Below are positions 57,655 through 64,000 of a DNA stretch of 64,000 nucleotides, piece after piece. A program made the position numbers and the translations under genes. Position 1 is the stretch's first letter, and each line of letters opens with the position of its first letter. Location of the stretch: the NCBI GenBank assembly GCA_963828165.1, contig CAWHDR010000001.1, forward strand, positions 2,131,543-2,195,542, written 5' to 3'. Under the pieces are notes generated by a model that was not told the origin of the DNA, did no database searches, and saw only the letters and a list, made by a program, of their open reading frames with translations. Source of the DNA: an uncultured Chloroflexia bacterium. GTDB taxonomy: Bacteria; Chloroflexota; Limnocylindria; Limnocylindrales; CSP1-4.

Positions 57655-59316
57655 ATGGCCATGAACCCGAAAGCCGGCAAGCCGGTGGATCCCTCGTCGC
57701 TGGTCGATGTCGACGCGCTCGTCGGCGCCTACTACGACACGACGCCCGATCCGGGCGATCCGGCGCAGCGGGTCGCGTTCGGGACGTCCGGCCACCGCGG
57801 CTCGGCGTTCCGTGGCGCATTCAACGAAGCCCACATCCTCGCTATCACCGAGGCGATCTGCCGGTACCGGGCTACGCGCGGATACACGGGGTCGCTGTTC
57901 CTCGGGCGCGACACCCACGCGCTCTCCGAGCCGGCGACGCGGACGGCGCTTCAGGTCCTCGTCGCAAACGGCGTCGACGTGCGTGTCGATGCCGTCGACG
58001 GCTTCACCCCGACCCCGGCGCTGTCCCACGCGATCATCGTCGCGAATCGGCCGGCGGACAGCTGGCGGCGACTGGCGGACGGGATCGTGGTCACGCCGTC
58101 GCACAACCCACCCGACGACGGCGGCTTCAAGTACAACCCGCCAAACGGCGGCCCGGCGGACACGGAGGTCACGCGCTGGATCCAGGACGAGGCCAACCGC
58201 ATCCTCGAGGCGTCCGGGACCGACGGGGTGGCAGGGATCAAGCGGGTCTCGGATGTCGATGCACGCGTCCGCGCGACGCCGTACGACTTCATGGGCATCT
58301 ACGTCGCGGACCTCGACGCCGTGATCGACATGAACGCCATCGCGGCGTCGGGATTGCGGATCGGGGTGGACCCGATGGGCGGTGCGTCGGTGCGGTACTG
58401 GGGCGCCATCGCGGAGCGCTACGACCTGGACCTGACGGTCACCAACGACAGGGTCGACCCGCAGTTCGGATTCATGACCGCCGATTGGGACGGCAAGATC
58501 CGGATGGACCCGTCGTCACCGCATGCCATGGCCCGCCTCGTCGCCCTGCGCGACGAGTTCGACATCGCGCTCGGCAACGACGCGGATGCCGACCGACATG
58601 GCGTGGTCACGCCAAAGGCCGGACTACTCAACCCGAACCACTTCCTGTCCGCGGCGATCGCCTACCTGTTCGGGGGAGCACGCGGCTGGGGCAGCGAGGT
58701 GGCGATCGGCAAGACGCTCGTATCGTCGTCGATGATCGATCTCGTGGCAGCCGACGCGGACCGGCGCCTCATCGAGGTCCCCGTCGGGTTCAAGTGGTTC
58801 GTGGACGGGCTCGTCGACGGGTCGCTCGGATTCGGTGGCGAGGAGAGCGCCGGCGCCTCGTTCCTGCGGCGCGATGGCACGGTCTGGACGACCGACAAGG
58901 ACGGGATCATCGCCGACCTGCTCGCGTGCGAGCTGACCGCGCAGACCGGGCGCGACCCCGGCGAGGCGTATCACGAGCTCACCGAGCGGTTCGGCGTCTC
59001 GCCGGCGTACCGGCGGATCGACGCGAAGGCGACGCCGGCCGAGAAAGCCGCGCTCGGCCGGCTGACGCCCGACGCGGTGACTGCGGCGACGCTCGCCGGC
59101 GATCCCGTCACGGCGATCCTGACCGAGGCCCCGGGGAATGGCGCGCCCATCGGTGGCTTGAAGGTCACCACGGGCCACGGGTGGTTCGCCGCCCGCCCGT
59201 CCGGCACCGAGGACGTCTACAAGGTGTACGCCGAGAGCTTCCGAGGCGAGGAGCACCTCGAGAGACTCATCGAGGAGGCCCAGGCCCTCGTCTCGGCGAC
59301 GGTGGCCGGGGCCTGA
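57655..59316 (+). CDS. pgm: phosphoglucomutase (alpha-D-glucose phosphate-specific)
   Basis: ATG 57655 behind [16 protein letters not shown] active-site serine loop, GVDPMGGA Mg loop, GGEESAG sugar loop, ARPSGTE phosphate loop. Confidence 0.9.
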   Translation: MAMNPKAGKPVDPSSLVDVDALVGAYYDTTPDPGDPAQRVAFGTSGHRGSAFRGAFNEAHILAITEAICRYRATRGYTGSLFLGRDTHALSEPATRTALQVLVANGVDVRVDAVDGFTPTPALSHAIIVANRPADSWRRLADGIVVTPSHNPPDDGGFKYNPPNGGPADTEVTRWIQDEANRILEASGTDGVAGIKRVSDVDARVRATPYDFMGIYVADLDAVIDMNAIAASGLRIGVDPMGGASVRYWGAIAERYDLDLTVTNDRVDPQFGFMTADWDGKIRMDPSSPHAMARLVALRDEFDIALGNDADADRHGVVTPKAGLLNPNHFLSAAIAYLFGGARGWGSEVAIGKTLVSSSMIDLVAADADRRLIEVPVGFKWFVDGLVDGSLGFGGEESAGASFLRRDGTVWTTDKDGIIADLLACELTAQTGRDPGEAYHELTERFGVSPAYRRIDAKATPAEKAALGRLTPDAVTAATLAGDPVTAILTEAPGNGAPIGGLKVTTGHGWFAARPSGTEDVYKVYAESFRGEEHLERLIEEAQALVSATVAGA

Positions 59317-59424
59317 GACCGCCGTGTCATACGCCTGTCACGGACGCAGGCCGTCGCGTAGGCCCGTCTCGCTGCAGCTCGTGGGACGTTATGCCCAGTC
59401 AGAATCCGCCGAGGAGTGGTCGAC

Positions 59425-59757
59425 ATGAGCGATGACGTGCGCGAGCGTGACCCCCAGCGCGACCAGGGTGACGTCCCGCTTGAGGACGGGATCCGCAGCG
59501 ATCCGGCCGGCGCCGGGGCCGGGGTGGTGGGGCCTGCGCCGGGCGGAGGCGATCCCGAGAACGTGGCGCAGAGTCCGGCCGGCGATCCCGAGCCGCCATC
59601 CGGGGCAGGGAAGACCGCAGGTGGTGGGTACGGATCGGGAAGCGACCGCCAGTCATCCGGCGGGACGGGCGAGGCACAGGCACCGGCCGGCGACGACGCC
59701 CAGACCGACTGGCTGCGGAGCACGGGCGACGCTCCGCCCGGATCGGAAGGACGCTGA
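59425..59757 (+). CDS. acidic Gly/Pro-rich hypothetical protein
   Basis: ATG 59425 eight nt after GAGGAG. Low-complexity product; coding status is uncertain. Confidence 0.3.
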   Translation: MSDDVRERDPQRDQGDVPLEDGIRSDPAGAGAGVVGPAPGGGDPENVAQSPAGDPEPPSGAGKTAGGGYGSGSDRQSSGGTGEAQAPAGDDAQTDWLRSTGDAPPGSEGR

Positions 59758-59763
59758 CGCCGA

Positions 59764-60471
59764 TCAGCTCCGGTTGTAGAGGGGGATCCGCGCCCCGTTG
59801 ACCGCCGCCGACTCGTCCGAGGCGAGGAACCGGAAGGTGGCCGCGATCTCAGTCGGCGCCGTCCAGGACGCCTTCTTCGGGTCGGTCGTGCGCACGCCCT
59901 TCTCGTCGATCGCCTTGACGATGACCAGGTTCACCGTGACGCCGGTGCCACCGACTTCCCGCGCCAGCGTCCGGAGCAGCACCTCCTGCGCAGCCTTGCC
60001 GATCGCGTACGGCGCCATCTTTGCGGGCGGCTCGGACGCGACCGGCGGCGAGACCGCAAGCACCCGGCCCCAGCCGCGCTCGACCATCCCGGGGATCACG
60101 GCCTGCGCCAGGTGCAGCGTCGTCCACAGGTGCTGGTCCAGCATCCCGGCGATATCGGCAGGATCCAGCTCCGCGATGGGCGTGCCCGCGGTATAGCCAC
60201 CGACGAGGTGGATCAGCACGTCGACACGCTCGAAGGCCGCCTTGACCGCGTCGACCGCGGCCCGGGCGCCGTCGCGCTGACGAACGTCGCCGACGGCCGC
60301 CACCCATCGGTCGTTTGACAGGCCGAGGTCGCTCGCCACGCCGACCAGTCGATCGTTGTCCGTGCCGGCCAGGCCCAGGCGGGCGCCGGTGTCGGCGAAG
60401 ACCCGCGCCGTTTCCCGGCCCAGGACGCCGGTCGCACCGGTGATGAGGACGACGCGGTCGGTGTCGGACAT
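59764..60471 (-). CDS. SDR family oxidoreductase
   Basis: ATG 60471 within ORF 59764..60573. ITGATGVLGRE cofactor motif, YAIGKAA catalytic Y-x3-K. Confidence 0.85.
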   Translation of the reverse strand: MSDTDRVVLITGATGVLGRETARVFADTGARLGLAGTDNDRLVGVASDLGLSNDRWVAAVGDVRQRDGARAAVDAVKAAFERVDVLIHLVGGYTAGTPIAELDPADIAGMLDQHLWTTLHLAQAVIPGMVERGWGRVLAVSPPVASEPPAKMAPYAIGKAAQEVLLRTLAREVGGTGVTVNLVIVKAIDEKGVRTTDPKKASWTAPTEIAATFRFLASDESAAVNGARIPLYNRS

Positions 60472-60515
60472 CTCGCGAGCGAGTGTGCCACGGAGTGGCA
60501 TCCGGGGTTTTGTGG

Positions 60516-61052
60516 TCAGCCGACCTGCTGGGCCCCCCGGGTCGAGGACGCGTCGATGGAGACGGTACCGCACGGTTGCAGATCGCCGAGGACGTCATCG
60601 ATGGTCGCCGCATCGTCGGCGAAGACCACGGCGTTCCAGCGTTGTCCCTGATCGAGGGCGCCGGCGCTCGGCGCCAGCAGGCCGTCGCATGCACCCGTCC
60701 TTCGGACCTGTCCGGCGATCGCCCGCGTCCGATCGCGATCGAGGATCCATTCGTTGTCGAGCGGCAGGTTCAACGCTTCGCGGACGGCATCGCGGCGCAG
60801 GTCCAGCGCTCGCAAGAGCCGGAGTTCCACGCGAAGCAGGTGCGAAGTCTGCTGAAGGTCGTCCGGGTGGCGGCCTGACTCGATCAACGCGAGGCCGGGG
60901 TCGCCGCTCAGGTAGATGGTCGGCTCGCCCTCGCCGTTCCAGCGATTGGGCCGGTCGGATCGAAGATCCAAGGCCGACGTGCTGGGCACGTCGTCAGGCC
61001 GGCACACCCACGCCATCCGTCGGGCCGGCTCGACGAGTCGCACGAGGTCCAT
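60516..61052 (-). CDS. RES domain protein (RES-Xre type toxin, NAD-targeting family)
   Basis: ATG 61052 within ORF 60516..61160. PNRWNGEGEPTIYLSGDPGLALIE and GLLAPSAG carry the Arg/Glu/Ser signature positions. Confidence 0.7.
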   Translation of the reverse strand: MDLVRLVEPARRMAWVCRPDDVPSTSALDLRSDRPNRWNGEGEPTIYLSGDPGLALIESGRHPDDLQQTSHLLRVELRLLRALDLRRDAVREALNLPLDNEWILDRDRTRAIAGQVRRTGACDGLLAPSAGALDQGQRWNAVVFADDAATIDDVLGDLQPCGTVSIDASSTRGAQQVG

Positions 61053-61315
61053 GCCGTGAGACTGCGTCAGCTCCGATATCGCCCGCCCGGTGCGCCCCGA
61101 AGGCTTCGGTTGCACGGCTCTTGCAGTCCCTCCAACCCGACCTGACCGCACCGGACGCACCCGAACGCCCCACGACCGACCGGTACCGGGGGTGTTGCCC
61201 GCTTGGGACCTTCGCGTCGGAGACCCGACCGCACTCCCTGCTTACCGTGAGGACCACACCAGAATGCCCGCCGCCGCTCCCGCGGATCGGCCGCATCCGG
61301 ACTCGAAACGAGCGC

Positions 61316-62300
61316 ATGACCCTTCCTCCGAGCAGTACGACCCCGGCCTCCCGGTCGTCCGCGCGCGTCTCGCGACGGATCGCGGGACTCGTGGCGGTCG
61401 TATTCGCACTGGCCTCCGTCATGAGCCTCGCCCAACCACGATCTGCGCTCGCGTGGGACAGCGGCGCCTACAGCGTGGCGTCTGAGAAGGACCTCATCGC
61501 GCTGACCAACCGCAGCCGCGCCAATGCCGGGCTGCGGGCGCTCAAGATCGACAGCACCCTGACCTCGGTCGCGCGCTGGCGCAGCCAAGGACATGATCCA
61601 GCGCGACTACTTCAGCCACGACATCCCGGGCTACGGCTCGGTGTTCAAGAAGCTCGATTCAAAGGGCTACTGCTACAAGGTCGCCGGCGAGAACATCGGC
61701 TGGAACACCTACCCGGACGACACCGCGACCGCGGCGATCCACAAGATGTTCATGGATTCCTCCGGCCACCGGAAGAACATCCTGGGCCGGGCCTGGGACG
61801 TCATCGGCGTCGGGGCGTATCAGGGACCGGGCGGGAAGAAGATGTGGACCGTGCTGTTCGCGGACAAATGCGGTGGGACGGCCCCGAAGCCGACGGCGAA
61901 GCCCACGCCCAAGCCGACTGCCAAGCCCAAGCCGACCGCCAAGCCGAAGCCCGTGGTCCGGGCGACCCCCAAGCCGACCGCGAAGCCCACGCCCAAGCCG
62001 ACGTCGAAGCCCACACCCAAGCCCACGCCGTCACCGACACCGTCACCGACCCCGCGGCCCCAATTCGAGGAGCCGCCCGTCCCCGAGAACAGCGGTGGCG
62101 GAAACGGCCTCGGCCCGGGCGGTCAGGGCAACGGCAACGGCCAGGGCGGCGAAAACGGCAACGGCGGCTCGTCCGGCAACGGCACGCCGCCCGGTCAGGC
62201 GGCTGGGGAGACCGGGCTCCGGATCGTCGCCTCGAACCATTCGGCCGGGCTGCTCGAGACGATCGTCGGCGGAGTCGCCGGAGTCTTCTTCGGCGGCTGA
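61316..62300 (+). CDS. CAP/SCP (YkwD-like) domain protein with KPTP-repeat linker, Gly/Asn-rich region and C-terminal TM; one frame break (about 61585)
   Basis: ATG 61316; signal peptide. ...LTSVARWRS then, in the +1 frame, [43 protein letters not shown] (ORF 61593..62300). An extra C in AGCCAAGG. (A)KPTPKPT repeats about 61880-62040. Confidence 0.75.
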
Positions 62301-62411
62301 CCGGCGCTCGACCAGGCCCGGTACTAGCAGGACCGTGACCATCGGGCTGCCGACCGCTGCCGACCGCACGGTTATGGTCACCCCACAAGACCGCTCCGCA
62401 CCGAGGCAGAC

Positions 62412-63236
62412 ATGACCGCGCAGCTCGACACCAGCCGGGCCGACGGCGCCCCCGACCGCATGCCCGGCCCCGCGACCGTCGCGACCGGCCCGATCCTCGA
62501 AGGTCGCGCCCTGACCAAGTCCTATCCGCTTGGCGAGACGACCGTCGACGCGTTGCGCGGCGTCTCCCTGTCCGTGGCTGCCGGTGAGTTCGTCGCGCTC
62601 ATGGGCCCGTCGGGCAGCGGCAAGAGCACCCTCCTGCAGCTGCTCGGCGGCCTCGACCGGCCCACGAGCGGCGAGGTGATCCTGGAGGGCGAGGTCATCA
62701 GCCAGCTTTCGGACGACCGAGCCACGCGGTTGCGCCGCGATCGGACCGGGTTCGTGTTCCAGTCCTTCAACCTGATCCCGCTCCTCGATGTGAGCGAGAA
62801 CGTCGCGCTGCCGTTCACGATCGCCGGGCAAGACACCTCGCGCGGTGAGATCGCCGAGCGCATCCGCGACGTGATCGAGCTCGTCGACCTGACCGGCAAG
62901 GAGCACCACAAGCCGGACCAGCTGTCCGCGGGCGAACAGCAGCGCGTCGCGGTGGCACGCGCGCTCGTGACCCGACCGGCGCTGCTCTTCGCGGACGAGC
63001 CGACCGGCAACCTCGACTACACGACCGGCACCGAGATCCTCGATGCGCTGTGGCGCTCGTGCGAGGAGCGTCACCAGACGATCGTGCTCGTGACCCACGA
63101 CTCGAAGGCGGCGGCCTACGCGGACCGCGTACTGGTGGTCGGCGACGGGACCATCCTCGACACGATCGAGCTCGGACGTCGCCGGGACCACGACGCGGCC
63201 ACCCTGATCGGTCGCCTCGCCCAGCTCGGGCTGTAG
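62412..63236 (+). CDS. ABC transporter ATP-binding protein (MacB/LolD/FtsE type)
   Basis: Walker [10 protein letters not shown], signature LSAGEQQRV, Walker [13 protein letters not shown]. Confidence 0.9.
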   Translation: MTAQLDTSRADGAPDRMPGPATVATGPILEGRALTKSYPLGETTVDALRGVSLSVAAGEFVALMGPSGSGKSTLLQLLGGLDRPTSGEVILEGEVISQLSDDRATRLRRDRTGFVFQSFNLIPLLDVSENVALPFTIAGQDTSRGEIAERIRDVIELVDLTGKEHHKPDQLSAGEQQRVAVARALVTRPALLFADEPTGNLDYTTGTEILDALWRSCEERHQTIVLVTHDSKAAAYADRVLVVGDGTILDTIELGRRRDHDAATLIGRLAQLGL

Positions 63237-64000
63237 ATGGCTGGCCTCAACGGCCTCGCCTGGCGTGGCCTCCGGGCCCGCCCGATGCGGACCGGCCTGA
63301 CCGCCGCGGGCGTGACCCTTGGCGTCGCCGTCCTCTTCGCGGGCCTCGCCACGAACGCCGGCATCGAGACCGCCGTGGACCGAGCCGTCTCGACGATGGT
63401 CGGTCGGGCAGAACTGCGTGTTGCGGCCTTCGGCGAGATCGGCCTGTCCCAGGACACGCTGGCCACGATCGCCGGCACCCCCGGCGTGGCCGTGGTCGCG
63501 CCCGCCTTCGAGCGCCGGACCTACCTGGGCGCCGAAGCCTTTGGGCCGGGCGATCCGCTGCCCCCGCCGGTGACGATCGCCGGGATCGACCCCGCAGCCG
63601 AAGCAGCGCTGCACGACCTCACGTTGCGCGAGGGATCGGCGATGACCGGGGCCGCCAACGACGCGCTCGTGAACGCGACGCTGGCCCGCGAGGACGGACT
63701 CGCGGTGGGCGACATCATCGACCTCGAGACCATCGAGTCACCCGTCCACCTCCGGATCGTCGGGATCCTGGCCGGCGACGGTCCCTGGGCGGGTGGTGGC
63801 GGCCGCGCCGTCATCGTGCCGCTCGAGACCGCCCAGGCGGCCTTCGCGGCGGACGGGCTCACCCGGGTCGACATCGGGACGGCGTCGCCAGCGGCGGTGA
63901 CGGATGCCCTCGAGAGCACGCTCCTCAACGAACCCTACGTCCTGTCCTCGCCGCAGGACATCGGCGCGTCGATGCGGGCGTCGACCGGGGACTTCGCCGC
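63237..64000 (+). CDS. FtsX/MacB-type ABC transporter permease (partial, runs off the right edge)
   Basis: ATG 63237 directly after TAG 63234-36. Hand translation: MAGLNGLAWRGLRARPMRTGLTAAGVTLGVAVLFAGL... then an extracytoplasmic domain, open to position 64000. Not in the ORF track because it lacks a stop. Confidence 0.8.
   Translation, partial: MAGLNGLAWRGLRARPMRTGLTAAGVTLGVAVLFAGLATNAGIETAVDRAVSTMVGRAELRVAAFGEIGLSQDTLATIAGTPGVAVVAPAFERRTYLGAEAFGPGDPLPPPVTIAGIDPAAEAALHDLTLREGSAMTGAANDALVNATLAREDGLAVGDIIDLETIESPVHLRIVGILAGDGPWAGGGGRAVIVPLETAQAAFAADGLTRVDIGTASPAAVTDALESTLLNEPYVLSSPQDIGASMRASTGDFA

Noticed and set aside
60356-61315. First 320 codons of the 660-aa ORF 60356..62338
   Set aside because: This part overlaps the SDR and RES genes on the opposite strand and is Arg-rich. 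The signal peptide and CAP domain start at ATG 61316.
61053-61315. Hidden Xre/DUF2384 antitoxin upstream of the RES gene
   Set aside because: All three minus-strand frames were translated by hand. No HTH or DUF2384-like sequence appeared, and the space is too short even allowing for one indel.
62043-63614. 523-aa ORF on the minus strand
   Set aside because: It is antisense to the ABC ATPase and permease genes, both of which have clear Walker and FtsX-type features.

Overview
Very GC-rich (about 70% by eye) actinobacterium-like chromosomal segment. It holds about 60 protein genes and one tRNA-His. I saw no rRNA, CRISPR array, transposase or prophage. All calls come from reading the six-frame translations and the DNA by eye; no searches were run. 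The first M in an ORF-track entry is often GTG or TTG.

Gene content, left to right:
- ion channel, F420/PNPOx-type redox enzymes, and a TetR regulator with a cupin gene
- a heliorhodopsin operon
- a TPR protein and a second cupin
- class II (B12) ribonucleotide reductase nrdJ
- XRE and MerR regulators and a DUF72 gene
- a ROK regulator and kinase with a sugar ABC transporter, a GH3 hexosaminidase and a SIS gene (amino-sugar locus)
- a three-cupredoxin protein, ResC/CcsA, and add
- pepA and a prepilin peptidase
- a roughly 2170-codon alpha-amylase/pullulanase
- an M23 peptidase and glgC
- an M1-like peptidase, NAPRT, and a NUDIX fusion
- a MalK/MsiK-type ATPase
- an HD-GYP / hybrid kinase / CheY operon
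- SDRs, tRNA-His and pgm
- a RES toxin, a CAP-domain protein, and a MacB-type ABC pair

Most interesting observations:
1. A heliorhodopsin is translationally coupled (TGATG and GTGA overlaps) to a CarH-type B12 photoreceptor-regulator and an alpha/beta hydrolase. That puts two unrelated light sensors on one mRNA.
2. A family of 190-210 bp elements is bounded by conserved 38-nt inverted arms, and each copy sits next to a 3-copy tandem repeat.
3. The long nrdJ leader carries NrdR boxes plus five phased DnaA-box-like TCCAC motifs.
4. There are about 50 reading-frame breaks. Most of those I traced behave as single-base insertions. They cluster strongly in the sugar locus and the pullulanase half. 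This points to insertion-biased assembly error or very recent decay, and it matters for any annotation of this window.
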